From positions 1,376,001-1,440,000 of the forward strand of contig OY970194.1 in NCBI GenBank assembly GCA_963708075.1: a stretch of 64,000 bases of DNA, read 5' to 3'. Made by a program: the position numbers and the translations under genes. This DNA is from Sedimentisphaerales bacterium (GTDB lineage Bacteria > Planctomycetota > Phycisphaerae > Sedimentisphaerales > Anaerobacaceae). The notes beneath the pieces were generated by a model. The model was not told the origin of the DNA, did no database searches, and saw only the letters and a program-made list of their open reading frames with translations. Positions 1 to 9,496 of the stretch are shown here, one piece after another. Each line of letters opens with the position of its first letter. Position 1 is the stretch's first letter.

Positions 1-2
1 GC

Positions 3-185
3 GGCATCAGCATCCAGCGGACCCTGCCGTTTGGAACCGTGCAGCAGGTCAAGAATGAGGTCCGAAAGCTGATCGACGTTGTCGGCGCCGGCGGCGGCTA
101 CATCGCCTCACCCTCCCACGATATTCCCCGTGATGCCAAACCCAGGAATATCGCCGCGATGATCGAGGTTCTGCAGAACCAATGA
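3..185 (+). CDS. Uroporphyrinogen decarboxylase (URO-D/MtaA-like) family protein, 3' end only
   Basis: Hand translation GISIQRTLPFGTVQQVKNEVRKLIDVVGAGGGYIASPSHDIPRDAKPRNIAAM matches the typical C-terminus of this family; runs off the window edge. Confidence 0.85.
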   Translation, partial: GISIQRTLPFGTVQQVKNEVRKLIDVVGAGGGYIASPSHDIPRDAKPRNIAAMIEVLQNQ

Positions 186-255
186 TTGCCCTGCGGTGTA
201 GAGTGGAGGGCTATATAAGGTTGCCTCAACGTAATGCTGAGGTTATCCTCCATAT

Positions 256-325
256 GTCACCCCCGCGCAGGCGAAGGTCCATGAACGCCGATATGGTTCT
301 GGATTCCCGCCTTCGCGGGAATGAC
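256..325. repeat. REP-like palindrome pair with GTCA...TGAC ends
   Basis: GTCACCCCCGCGCAGGCG...GGATTCCCGCCTTCGCGGGAATGAC, with internal hairpin ATTCCCGC-CTTC-GCGGGAAT. Confidence 0.75.
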
Positions 326-399
326 ATGGCAGAGCGCTGCTCGAACGGACAAGTGGTTGCAGAGTGGACCTTGCCCGCTCCTGTCAAGGCGACAAACAT

Positions 400-493
400 G
401 AGTGGCAGCGGCAAGCGGAGTCTTTGGAGCTTACTGATGGCGTTGACACAGATCCCACGAGCCATCGGCAAGCTGCGCTTGCCGCTGCCACCC
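400..493. repeat. REPIN-like element, GGGTGGCAGCGGCAAG family, copy 1
   Basis: GAGTGGCAGCGGCAAGCG...CCATCGGCAAGCTGCGCTTGCCGCTGCCACCC; inverted ends; five related copies in the window. Confidence 0.85.
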
Positions 494-620
494 ATCATAA
501 GTCTTGAACGTATGACGGCCTACACCCACCTTGACAGCGGTGGGTGAGCAGGCTTCATCCTGCACGCTCAGAATGGCCCACTCTTGTTCAGACTTCTGTG
601 GACAATAACGGTGTGAAACA

Positions 621-1385
621 ATGTCGATGATAAGCAAGACCGATATCAACGTCCTTCCTGGGAATGCGAAGCGGCTGCAGTTGATCACGTGCAAGGTGCT
701 GCAGCGCGAGGCGTACTTCTGCGCCGCCCGGAGCCCGAATGTGGTGGATATCGTGCTGATGGAGCAGGGATTGCACAATGAGCCGGACCGGCTTCGGAGG
801 GAAGTGCAAAAGGCGCTGGAGCGAACGCACGATATCCAGGGCCGACCCTATGATGCCTCGCTCCTCGGCTACGGCCTGTGCAGCAATGGCGTGGTCGGGC
901 TCAGTGCCGCGATTCCCATCGTCATTCCCCGAGGGCACGACTGCATCACGGTCCTGCTCGGCTCCAAGGAACGTTACCAGGAATATTTCGAGTCGTATCG
1001 CGGCGCGTACTGGTACAGCCCCGGCTGGATCGAGTCGGGAAAGCAGCCCAGCAAAGAACGCTACGAGATGTTGCTCGAAGAGTACATACAGAAGTATGGC
1101 GAGGATAACGCCAGGTACCTGATGGAGGTTGAGCAGACCTGGATCAAGGAGTACAAGTGGGCGATCTTCGTGGACTGGGGCCTGATCGAGGCGGACGCAT
1201 ACAAGGACTTCACGAGGCAGTGTGCCGCGTTTCTGAACTGGAGCTATGAGGAGCTCAAAGGCGACTCCGGTCTGATGCAGCGGTTTGTGGACGGCCCGTG
1301 GAGCCAGGAGGAGTTTCTCATTGTTGAGCCCGGCCAACACATCGCCGAGGATGTCACCAGCAGGGGGATCATCAAGGCCGAATGA
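621..1385 (+). CDS. DUF1638 domain-containing protein
   Basis: Motifs ITCKVLQRE, GLHNEP, LGYGLCSNG, HDCITVLLGS. Confidence 0.85.
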   Translation: MSMISKTDINVLPGNAKRLQLITCKVLQREAYFCAARSPNVVDIVLMEQGLHNEPDRLRREVQKALERTHDIQGRPYDASLLGYGLCSNGVVGLSAAIPIVIPRGHDCITVLLGSKERYQEYFESYRGAYWYSPGWIESGKQPSKERYEMLLEEYIQKYGEDNARYLMEVEQTWIKEYKWAIFVDWGLIEADAYKDFTRQCAAFLNWSYEELKGDSGLMQRFVDGPWSQEEFLIVEPGQHIAEDVTSRGIIKAE

Positions 1386-2464
1386 TACCTATGTTGCTGC
1401 GAGAAGAAGTCTCCCTGCTGCTATTTGGGCTCTTGATCCTGGCGATTTCCGGCTCGGAGGTCATCCTGCTGATCAGTTACATCCTGGTCAGGATTCGCCG
1501 CGGATCGTGGAAGGGTATCCGGCTCACGAAGTTCGACATTGCCCTGCACACGCTGGCCGCCACGGGCATCCTCTGCCTGCTCTATGGGCACTTCGTAGAA
1601 CCGTACTGGATCGATGTGAATGCAATGACGATTCGCACGGCCAAGCTCAGGACCGCCGGTTTTCGCATCGTCCAGATCTCCGATCTTCATTGCGACGAGA
1701 CGCCCCGCAACGAGGAGCGAGCTGTCCGGATCATCAATCAGCTCAAGCCCGATGTGATTGTACTCACGGGCGACTGCCTCAATCGTGCCTCCGCGCTGCC
1801 TCGTCTGCAGGAGATGCTTCGCGCACTTGACGCGCCGCTCGGGAAGCTCGCCGTGAAAGGCAATTTTGAGATCGGTCATTGGCCTCACCTCGATCTCCTT
1901 GCGAATACCGGCTTTCGCTGGCTGGAGCAGGATACGGTCACGATGGAGAAAGGGGGCGAGGCGATCCGCATCTTTGGGCTGAGTCTCGATCGCCCCCAGG
2001 CGAGCCGGGACCTGCTTCAAGGGGCCGTCAGGGATCACTTCAGCATCTTTCTGTTCCATACGCCCGACTTGATCGAGGACATTCGCGGCCTGGGCGTCGA
2101 TCTTTACCTGTGCGGCCACACGCACGGCGGGCAGGTGACCCTGCCTGGGTACGGGGCCTTGATCACGCTCTCGAAGTTCGGCAAGAAATATGAGTCCGGC
2201 CGGTATGAATCCGATGGTACAATACTCTACGTCAATCGTGGTCTCGGCCTGGAGCCCAAGCCTGCCCCGCAGGTGCGTTTCTTCGCCAGACCCGAAATCG
2301 CCGTCTTCGATATCGTGCCGGAGCAGCACGCACCGGTGTTGAGTCGCGCAAGTCCCGGGTGGCAGCGGCAAGCGCAGCTTGCCGATGGTTTGTGCATATC
2401 CGCCATCGGCAAAGCCCTCGGCCTTGCTGATGCCACCTGCCAATGTAGGAGGATAGACCCGTAG
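1382..2464 (+). CDS. Membrane-anchored metallophosphoesterase (YkuE-like)
   Basis: Two N-terminal TM segments; SDLH, TGD, GNFE, FHTP and GHTHGGQ motifs; tail reads through a repeat. Confidence 0.9.
   Translation: MIPMLLREEVSLLLFGLLILAISGSEVILLISYILVRIRRGSWKGIRLTKFDIALHTLAATGILCLLYGHFVEPYWIDVNAMTIRTAKLRTAGFRIVQISDLHCDETPRNEERAVRIINQLKPDVIVLTGDCLNRASALPRLQEMLRALDAPLGKLAVKGNFEIGHWPHLDLLANTGFRWLEQDTVTMEKGGEAIRIFGLSLDRPQASRDLLQGAVRDHFSIFLFHTPDLIEDIRGLGVDLYLCGHTHGGQVTLPGYGALITLSKFGKKYESGRYESDGTILYVNRGLGLEPKPAPQVRFFARPEIAVFDIVPEQHAPVLSRASPGWQRQAQLADGLCISAIGKALGLADATCQCRRIDP
2357..2437. repeat. REPIN-like GGGTGGCAGCGGCAAG copy 2, inside a CDS 3' end
   Basis: GGGTGGCAGCGGCAAGCGCAGCTTGCCGATGG...CCATCGGCAAAG...CTTGCTGATGCCACC. 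Confidence 0.85.
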
Positions 2465-3025
2465 ATGCAGCTTCTGATGATTCTATTCATAGCTGTTGGC
2501 CTGTCGATGGACGCCTTCGCCGTCTCCGTCGTGGCGGGCAGCGTATACCGCGAGCTGAAAGTCCGGCACGCCTTGCGCATGGCGTTGTTCTTCGGCGGCT
2601 TCCAGGCGGTCATGCCAATCGTCGGCTTCCTGGCCGGGCAGAGCCTCAGGGAATACATCTCCGCGTACGACCATTGGATCGCCTTCGGCCTGCTGCTGTT
2701 CGTCGGAGGCAAGATGATCTACGAGTCACTCCGGATCGAAGCGGCGGAGAAGAACCTTGACCCATCCAACCTCCTGGTCCTGTTGACTCTGTCCGTGGCG
2801 ACGAGCATCGACGCGCTGGCCATCGGGATTACCCTCTCGATGCTGATAGCCGGCATCATCGCGGCCGCCGCCATCATCGGCCTGGTCACGTTCACCCTGT
2901 CCTATGTCGGTATTCTCATCGGCAAACGCTTCGGCCACTTCTTCGAGAGCAGGATCGAAATCGTCGGCGGTGTGATCCTCATCGCCATCGGCCTCAAGAT
3001 CCTCATCCAGCACCTCACGGCATGA
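2465..3025 (+). CDS. mntP: Manganese efflux pump MntP family
   Basis: LSMDAFAVS and ATSIDALAIG repeats; six hydrophobic helices; AGGAGG upstream. Confidence 0.92.
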   Translation: MQLLMILFIAVGLSMDAFAVSVVAGSVYRELKVRHALRMALFFGGFQAVMPIVGFLAGQSLREYISAYDHWIAFGLLLFVGGKMIYESLRIEAAEKNLDPSNLLVLLTLSVATSIDALAIGITLSMLIAGIIAAAAIIGLVTFTLSYVGILIGKRFGHFFESRIEIVGGVILIAIGLKILIQHLTA

Positions 3026-3071
3026 GCTTCTTCATGCATTGGCAGGATGTATCATAAAAAACAAACTCCTC

Positions 3072-3099
3072 TTGATGTCCATTCGGGAACAGCTATAAT
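3072..3099 (+). promoter_or_regulatory. Sigma70-like promoter
   Basis: TTGATG-16 nt-TATAAT upstream of the DUF362 gene. Confidence 0.55.
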
Positions 3100-3145
3100 G
3101 TGCACCCGTGAAGAAGGGAATGTTTGCTTCCTATAAGGAGATGAG

Positions 3146-4252
3146 TTGGCATCGAGAGTGTATTTCATCCAGGCATCGGTGGGTGAGGGAGAGCAGGCGA
3201 TCTCGGCCAAAGCGCGGGCACTGTTCAAAGCCGGGGGGTTCAATGCCTGCTTCAAGAAGAACGACTTTACCGCCGTCAAGGTCCACGTCGGCGAGGATAT
3301 CAACACCACCTATATCAAGGCCCCGTGTCTTCAGGGGCTTGTCGATGAGCTGCTGACGCTCGAGACCAAGCCATTCATCACCGACACCAGCACCCTGTAC
3401 ACCGGCCGCAGGCACAATGCCATCGATCACACGATCCTTGCCGCCGAGCGGGGCTTCAGTGTGGAGGGGCTGGGCATACCGTTCATTGCCCCGGATGGAC
3501 TGTTCGGGACCGCCGAGACTGCCGTGCGAATCGATGGGGAGTTGGACCAGGAAGTGTTTATCGCATCCGACATCGTTCGCTGCCAGTCGATCCTGTCGGT
3601 GGCCCACTTCACGGGCCATTGCGCCACCTGTGCCGGGGCGACCCTCAAAACGCTCGGCATGGGCTGCGCCAGTCGCAAGGGCAAGATGCGCCAGCACTCG
3701 GCCCTGAAACCCCATGTCAAGCAGGGCAAGTGCGCTCGGTGCGGCGAATGCCACAGCCACTGTCCCGCCGATGCGATCACCCTGGACGAGGTCCAGGCCC
3801 ACATCGATCAGGACAAGTGCATCGGCTGTGCCGAGTGTGTGGCCGTGTGCCGGTTCGATGCCGTGGAGTACGACTGGAAACAGGAGAACGAGGTCCTGCA
3901 GAAAAGCGTGGCGGAGCATGCCCTGGGCGTCCTGAAAGGCAAGCAGGGGCGGGCCGCCTTCTTCAATTTCGTTATATCGATTACAAAAGATTGTGATTGC
4001 TTTGACAAAGCCAATATGCCTACAATAGTGCAGGATATCGGCATTCTCGCATCGACGGATCCGGTGGCTGTCGATAAGGCGGCCATCGATAGGGTGGAGG
4101 CCAATGGCGGCAAGAGGCTCGGCCGGTTGATCGGCAACGGGAAACTCGACTGGCGATCGCAGATCGAGCATGCGGTGAAGATCGGCCTGGGCTGTGCCGA
4201 CTATGAGATCATAGACGTGAGTCAGGACCAGCAGAAAAAGTTGGGAAGATAG
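3146..4252 (+). CDS. DUF362 domain protein with 2x[4Fe-4S] ferredoxin domain
   Basis: KVHVGE, HFTGH, LKTLGMGCAS; CARCGECHSHCP and CIGCAECVAVC; CDC motif. Confidence 0.9.
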   Translation: MASRVYFIQASVGEGEQAISAKARALFKAGGFNACFKKNDFTAVKVHVGEDINTTYIKAPCLQGLVDELLTLETKPFITDTSTLYTGRRHNAIDHTILAAERGFSVEGLGIPFIAPDGLFGTAETAVRIDGELDQEVFIASDIVRCQSILSVAHFTGHCATCAGATLKTLGMGCASRKGKMRQHSALKPHVKQGKCARCGECHSHCPADAITLDEVQAHIDQDKCIGCAECVAVCRFDAVEYDWKQENEVLQKSVAEHALGVLKGKQGRAAFFNFVISITKDCDCFDKANMPTIVQDIGILASTDPVAVDKAAIDRVEANGGKRLGRLIGNGKLDWRSQIEHAVKIGLGCADYEIIDVSQDQQKKLGR

Positions 4253-4271
4253 TGCAGAGGTGCGAATTCCT

Positions 4272-5047
4272 ATGTCTCTCGGACAAATCATCAGAAACAG
4301 GCGTGAGGAGTTGAAACTGACCCTCGATGAAGTCAGCCGGCGGGTGAGCTTTTCCAAGCCATACTTGTCCACAATCGAGACGGGCAAGGTGAAGAATCCT
4401 CCGGGCGATGAGTTGTTGACCCGGCTCGAGCAGGTGCTCAAGTTCGAGACCGGCCTGCTGCTGCATATGGCCCATGTCGAGCGGATGCCCTCGGACATCC
4501 GGGCGCCTACGAGGCCAAAGAGGCCGAGAACCAGAAGCTGCGCCAGTATGTCAAGAAACACATGGGAAAAGGGAAGAAGAAGAACGACCTCAACGCGATC
4601 CTGGCGAAGACGAGCCTGAACGTGGAGGACGGCAAATCCGCCCTGGCCGCCGGGCGGCTCGTCCCGATCATCAATCGCGTGACGGCCGGTTATCCCACCG
4701 ACTTCAACGATCTCGACTACCCGGTCGGAGTCGCCGAGGATTACGTGCGATGCCCCGACCTGCACGATCCGAACGCCTTTGCCGTGCGCGTGATCGGTGA
4801 TTCGATGGAGCCGCGGTTCCACGAGGGGGACATCGTGGTGTTCTCGCCCGCGGCCGACGTCCGCAACGGCGACGACTGCTTCATCCGCTTCACCCAGCCG
4901 CACGAGACGACCTTCAAGCGGGTCTTCTTCGAGGCGGACAAAAAGATTCGCCTGCAGCCGCGGAACGACCAGTACTCACCGACGATCATAGACGGCAAGC
5001 GCATCGACGGCATCTACCGCGCCATCAGCCGCTACGAAAAGCTCTGA
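4272..5047 (+). CDS. XRE HTH + S24 peptidase (CI/LexA-like) regulator, frameshifted near 4503
   Basis: HTH (LGQIIRNRREELKLTLDEVS...YLSTIETG) in one frame; GDSMEP and TTFKRV (Ser/Lys dyad) in another; one added G at ATCCGGG joins them. Confidence 0.85.
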
Positions 5048-5247
5048 TCGCTGTCGCAAGGAATGAACGCACATATAGTGCATGGCACGAGCGTCCTCGC
5101 CCGAAGATGTCGTCGTTGGGTACGCCCCCTGTCCAAAGTGTGCACAGACCGCATGAGTCCTGACTCTGCTTTCTGCTTCTCGCTGTGCGATCGCGGTTGG
5201 AGATAGCATGGACGAGCAGCGATGTGGTTATACAGGGAGGTTTCGTC

Positions 5248-5550
5248 ATGAGCGTAGCTACGAAAACGGGTGATCAGGGGCGAACCGATCTGTACATTGG
5301 CCGACGGGTCTGGAAAGACCACCCTCGCGTCGAGGTCTTTGGCAGCCTGGATGAGCTTGGCGCGTTTCTCGGATTGGCCAGGAGTCTGCTCAAAGATAAG
5401 GAGGTGAGCGGGCTCATTGAGACGATTCAGCGCGAGCTGTTCATCATCGGGGCCGAGGTTGGCGTGACGCCTCGCAACATCCGCAAGCTGGCCTACGAGC
5501 AGGTTCCTTCCCGGCGGCGCAGTTCCCTTGCCCGAAAAAGAGAAAGCTGA
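5248..5550 (+). pseudogene. pduO: PduO-type cob(I)alamin adenosyltransferase, N-terminal half only
   Basis: GGAGG RBS; TKTGDQGRT, KDHPRVEVFGSLDEL, IQRELFIIGAE; stops at about 100 aa without RRAER/NRLSD. Confidence 0.75.
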
Positions 5551-5557
5551 TGATCCT

Positions 5558-6334
5558 TCATAGTGCCTTTTGGCCCGCGACGGCGAGGACGAGGGCGTAG
5601 ACTTTGTTTGCACCGGCGGCTTTGAGGGTTCGGGCGCATTCATTCAGTGTCGCGCCGGTGGTTTTGATGTCGTCGACGAGGCAGATGGTCTTGACCGCGA
5701 AGGGGTGGTCCTCCCGCACGGCAAATGCGCCGGCGACATTTCTGACGCGGGCGGGGGCTGTGGTGGCGACGGGCTGGGCCCGGGTGCGACGGATGCGGAC
5801 CAGGTCGGTGCTGATTCGAGCCCGCGGGTGTTTGAGACGCTTGGCGATCAGGTGGGATTGGTTATAGCCTCGAAGCAACCGGCGGGTCCAGTGCAGTGGG
5901 ACGGGGACGAGCAAATCGATGTCACTATAGAAGTTGCTGCCCTGCAAAGCGGCGTCGGCCAGCGGGGTGAGCACATAGGCAAGCTCCGTCCGGTCGTGCT
6001 TGAAGGCCAGGATCATCTGCTGCAGCGCCTCCGAGTAGACGCCCGCGCGGGCGATCCCGTCGAAATGGATTTCCTGTTCCCGGCAGGCGGCACAGGCGCC
6101 GGCCACCAGGCCATACTTGCTGGCGTCCCGGCCGCAACGCGGACAGTAATCGCCGGCGGTACACGTCAGCAGTTGACTCCAGCATCGAGCGCACAGGTCT
6201 TCATTTGCCTCCATGATCCTGCCGCCACAATTGGCGCACACGGCCGGCCACAGAAGGTGATTCAAACCCTGCCAGGCCAGAGTCGTCACACGCTTCGCTC
6301 GCCGGACCGCATTGTGGAGCTTAGATGCCTCCAT
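5558..6334 (-). CDS. comF: ComF family protein (double zinc ribbon + PRTase)
   Basis: Three CxxC pairs; PVPLH, RGYNQS, LVDDIKTTGATL. Confidence 0.92.
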   Translation of the reverse strand: MEASKLHNAVRRAKRVTTLAWQGLNHLLWPAVCANCGGRIMEANEDLCARCWSQLLTCTAGDYCPRCGRDASKYGLVAGACAACREQEIHFDGIARAGVYSEALQQMILAFKHDRTELAYVLTPLADAALQGSNFYSDIDLLVPVPLHWTRRLLRGYNQSHLIAKRLKHPRARISTDLVRIRRTRAQPVATTAPARVRNVAGAFAVREDHPFAVKTICLVDDIKTTGATLNECARTLKAAGANKVYALVLAVAGQKAL

Positions 6335-7127
6335 GGCGGCTATTATACTCCGGCGGGACCGAACCGGTCAAAGGGCTTGCCGGATCCCGCTGCGGTTGCT
6401 GCAATGACGGCATCTCGGAAATCGGTGCGTTCCTGGGAATCAGATCAATATACATGAAGCGATTGTCACGCTTGATCGTCAATCCGGCAGTAAATGGAAC
6501 GGCCCCACGGAAAATGGGTCCGTCATAGACGAAGGAGTGAAACTCGCCTCGCTCGCCGCATGGATCCACGCCGGCCGGCAGATCGGCCAGGAACGCGGGA
6601 TCGTAGTCCCGGCCGGCAAACGCAGGATTCAATGCCTCCAGATCAACGCAAGTAATGACAGCCTTGAAGCCGGTCTCAATGAATATCCTCGCCAAGACCT
6701 CGGTGTTTCTCTGCCACAGCGGGAAAACCGCCTGCATGTTCACCCGGGACAGGCTCGTTTCTCTATATTGCCTGACGTCCTCCAGGAAGAGATCTCCGAA
6801 AACCACCGCCTCAATGCCCTGTTGGCGGCAGCAGGTCAAGTAGCCGCGCATTTTCGCGTCGTATCCTTCCTGGGATTCCTTCGCGGCAAGATAGATCTTG
6901 TCGATGGGCAATCCCAGTTCCGCCGCCTGTCGTTCAATGAGTGCGGTTCGCACGCCGTGCATACACACGCGGTCGTAATCCTGTGACACAGTCGTCAGAA
7001 GTCTCTCGATGGAGTACACGCCGGTGCGACGGATTTCATGAAGAGCCATCGCACTATCTTTTCCGCCGCTCCACGCCAGTATTGCCTTAGTCGCCATCAT
7101 CCGGTCTCTTACAGCAGGTCCAGTCAT
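6321..7127 (-). CDS. Dph6/MJ0570-related ATP pyrophosphatase (adenine nucleotide alpha-hydrolase)
   Basis: PP-loop WSGGKDS; MHGVR, FGDLFLED, DPCGERGEFHSFVYDGPIF. Confidence 0.9.
   Translation of the reverse strand: MTGPAVRDRMMATKAILAWSGGKDSAMALHEIRRTGVYSIERLLTTVSQDYDRVCMHGVRTALIERQAAELGLPIDKIYLAAKESQEGYDAKMRGYLTCCRQQGIEAVVFGDLFLEDVRQYRETSLSRVNMQAVFPLWQRNTEVLARIFIETGFKAVITCVDLEALNPAFAGRDYDPAFLADLPAGVDPCGERGEFHSFVYDGPIFRGAVPFTAGLTIKRDNRFMYIDLIPRNAPISEMPSLQQPQRDPASPLTGSVPPEYNSRHGGI
6342..6371 (-). promoter_or_regulatory. Sigma70-like promoter for comF, probably leaderless
   Basis: TTGACC-18 nt-TATAAT-7 nt-ATG(6334). Confidence 0.65.
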
Positions 7128-7195
7128 GCGTTAGTTCGGCATCCAATGCCGCGTTTGTTCCGACGTCATTACGGGTCAAGCGCGTCGCCTCATGT

Positions 7196-8035
7196 CTATG
7201 GCTCGACGCTGCCCCACTCCACGTAGTCCGGGACATAGTGCGGTGCATTGGACGTGCCGGCCGAGCCTGTTCTCGCGAGCTTGTGCACATACTGGGCCTC
7301 CGAGATCAGGGTCCCGCAGTGTCCGTCTGCAAACGCCGCGGCGGCTCGGTCGAGGTGCCGAAAACACGTCGTCGGACTGCTGTTCTTTCGCCAGGTCTTC
7401 CCGTTGAACAGGTAGGGCGGGTCGAGCATGGCCGTGTTGCTGACGTTCAGGCGTTTGCCGGTGAGGTCCCAGCTCAGGAGCGTGTCGGCAAATGTGAGCA
7501 CCTGGTCGGGCCCCTGGATCGAGCAGACCTTCTGCCAGGGCCGAAATCCGATTCCCGACCAGCCGCTATGCGAGGGGCTGAGGAAATACCCGTTATACCC
7601 GTACGTGCTGGTGATCCACTTGGGATCATCCGGCTCGCTGAAGGGTCTGCCCTGAAGGCCATAGGTCCCGTACGCCTGGGCAGGGCATTCATAGACGCCC
7701 TGTGCCCGAAGCTCGCCGGCCAGATACGGCCACATCAGTCCCGCCGTGTGATCCACACCATCCGAATTCAACCGGCCCCACCAGAAGGTCCGCGCATTGA
7801 TGCAGGTGGGCAGGGCGTAGTCATCATGGTCATGCGCGTAGGTATGGAAAGCCAAGCCAAGCTGCCGGACACGGCTCATGCATGTCACGGATTTGGCCTG
7901 GCTTCGCGCCCTGCCCAGGCTCGGCACCAGCACGGACATCAGCAGGGCGACCACGCTGATGGAGACGAGCACCTCCACCAGCGAGAAGGCCGCCCTGCAA
8001 TGAATTGTCGTGAATGGTTTCTTCGTCGGACTCAT
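7196..8035 (-). CDS. Prepilin-type N-terminal cleavage/methylation protein with H-X9-DG motif (DUF1559-like)
   Basis: AFSLVEVLVSISVVALLMSVLVPSLGRAR; YGYN; RHLDRAAAAFADGH. Confidence 0.9.
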   Translation of the reverse strand: MSPTKKPFTTIHCRAAFSLVEVLVSISVVALLMSVLVPSLGRARSQAKSVTCMSRVRQLGLAFHTYAHDHDDYALPTCINARTFWWGRLNSDGVDHTAGLMWPYLAGELRAQGVYECPAQAYGTYGLQGRPFSEPDDPKWITSTYGYNGYFLSPSHSGWSGIGFRPWQKVCSIQGPDQVLTFADTLLSWDLTGKRLNVSNTAMLDPPYLFNGKTWRKNSSPTTCFRHLDRAAAAFADGHCGTLISEAQYVHKLARTGSAGTSNAPHYVPDYVEWGSVEP

Positions 8036-9447
8036 GGCTGATGGAACTTCATCAAGGCGTTGGGACCCACCGAGTAGACGCTGTCGTGCGTCACGACCGG
8101 GCTGTTGCCGCAGCCGTCGACCTGGCTGACCACGAACCCGGGATCGCCGGGGCGTCGAGTGACATCAAGGACATAGAGAGAGCCGTTGCCATTCGGACGC
8201 CACGAGAAGTCGTAGTACGGCTCGCTTTGCGCACCTACGTAGAGCATGCCTGATGCGTAAGTGGGTTGAGCGATCCAGCCTCCCACCGTGACGTCAGGCA
8301 GGTCCACCGATGTGTCCCACATCATCTCCGCCCTGTCCCCAAGATCACGAAACGCCTGGACTTTGGGCTTTGAGTCGTAGTCGCCCGCTGCGCCGCCGCT
8401 GACGAAAATCATCTCCCCGACTACTACAGGGATCGTATCGGTACGTTCGACCGCTGCCGTCCAGGCGATCCGCCCGTCGTTGCAGTCGATCTTGACGAGC
8501 GTGGAGTTGTTCTCCCCGGTGTCCCGGTCCCAGAGATACGTGGCGGCATAGAGGAATCCGTCTTGGGTCAGGGTCACGCCCCCACAGAACGGACCCACAA
8601 TCCGATGGTTGGGGTCGGCCGCGATCCAGTCTTCACTGGGAGCCGTCCAGATCGGCTCGTCCGGCTCGGACGCTGCACTTGCGTCGAATGCATGAACGTG
8701 TCCGCCGGCTCGTTTGTCTGCTCGTTTCTCTGCGCTTGCGACATACACACATCCGTCCAGGTAGCTTGGTGAGTTTCCCAGCGTGTTGCCCAGGTGGTAT
8801 CGCCACAGGATCTGGCCCGGCTCATACGGATTATTCGGCTCGTTGGCGTCCAGATTGATGCAGTAGAGATGCCCCTGGCCGTCCGCTGTTCCGTATCCGG
8901 CGTCCGTGAGAAACGCGCGTGCGTGGGGCAAATCCAGGGCCACACAAATGGATGCGTTGACTACAGGCCCGTCCAGTTCCGCGGGAGCATCCCAAATGGA
9001 ACTGCCGTCGTTGGCGTCGAGGGCGAATACCCTGAATCTCGAGCCGATCAGCACGGCGTTGTGCTTCGTATCCACGCAGGGTGTCGACCAGGAGCCCCCG
9101 TCGGAAGCCTGGTCGACAAGGGTGGACCAGAGCAGCCGGCCTGAGTCCGCGTCCCACGCCGCCACCTTGCTGTTCGGTTCTTCATCGCACCTTGCATAGG
9201 CAAAGACTTTGCCGGCATATAACACGGGACCGGTGGCCCCCTCGAACTCGATCTGCCGATTCGGGTCCTGCGGATCCGTCGTGGCCTCCCAGGCCAGAGT
9301 ATCGGCATTCAGAGTATTCGGCCCATCCACCGCAATGAACTGCCGGGAAGCATCTCCCCCCAGATGTGTCCACTCCTGTGGCTCCGCCGCCGCCAGACTT
9401 GCTGCAAAACCTGCCAGAACTGCAATCGCCCAGACGTGCCTTCTCAT
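8032..9447 (-). CDS. Secreted PQQ-like (BamB-type) beta-propeller protein
   Basis: AAGGAG RBS then signal peptide MRRHVWAIAVLAGFAASLAAA; repeats AWDADSGRLLW, ALDANDGSSIW, IDCNDGRIAW. Confidence 0.85.
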   Translation of the reverse strand: MRRHVWAIAVLAGFAASLAAAEPQEWTHLGGDASRQFIAVDGPNTLNADTLAWEATTDPQDPNRQIEFEGATGPVLYAGKVFAYARCDEEPNSKVAAWDADSGRLLWSTLVDQASDGGSWSTPCVDTKHNAVLIGSRFRVFALDANDGSSIWDAPAELDGPVVNASICVALDLPHARAFLTDAGYGTADGQGHLYCINLDANEPNNPYEPGQILWRYHLGNTLGNSPSYLDGCVYVASAEKRADKRAGGHVHAFDASAASEPDEPIWTAPSEDWIAADPNHRIVGPFCGGVTLTQDGFLYAATYLWDRDTGENNSTLVKIDCNDGRIAWTAAVERTDTIPVVVGEMIFVSGGAAGDYDSKPKVQAFRDLGDRAEMMWDTSVDLPDVTVGGWIAQPTYASGMLYVGAQSEPYYDFSWRPNGNGSLYVLDVTRRPGDPGFVVSQVDGCGNSPVVTHDSVYSVGPNALMKFHQP

Positions 9448-9496
9448 TTGATCGCTCCTTTCCGAGACTGTGCCCCTGACGCGGGAGCACGCCAAT

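Noticed and set aside
182..547. Short ORFs over repeat-rich intergenic DNA (also 16274-16672, 18894-19100, 22202-22462)
   Set aside because: Recurring peptides such as GWQRQAQLADG and LRLPLPP are translations of the repeats, with no RBS or codon bias
4490..4520. Programmed frameshift separating the HTH and S24 domains
   Set aside because: No slippery heptamer; same missing-G pattern as in unrelated genes, so assembly error is simpler
3131..4903. Long antisense ORFs (also 24220-25932, 38789-40615, 40581-41900, 48393-49907)
   Set aside because: Shadows of well-supported genes on the other strand in GC-rich DNA; no motifs
4272..5047. Prophage marked by a CI-like repressor
   Set aside because: No integrase, structural or replication genes nearby
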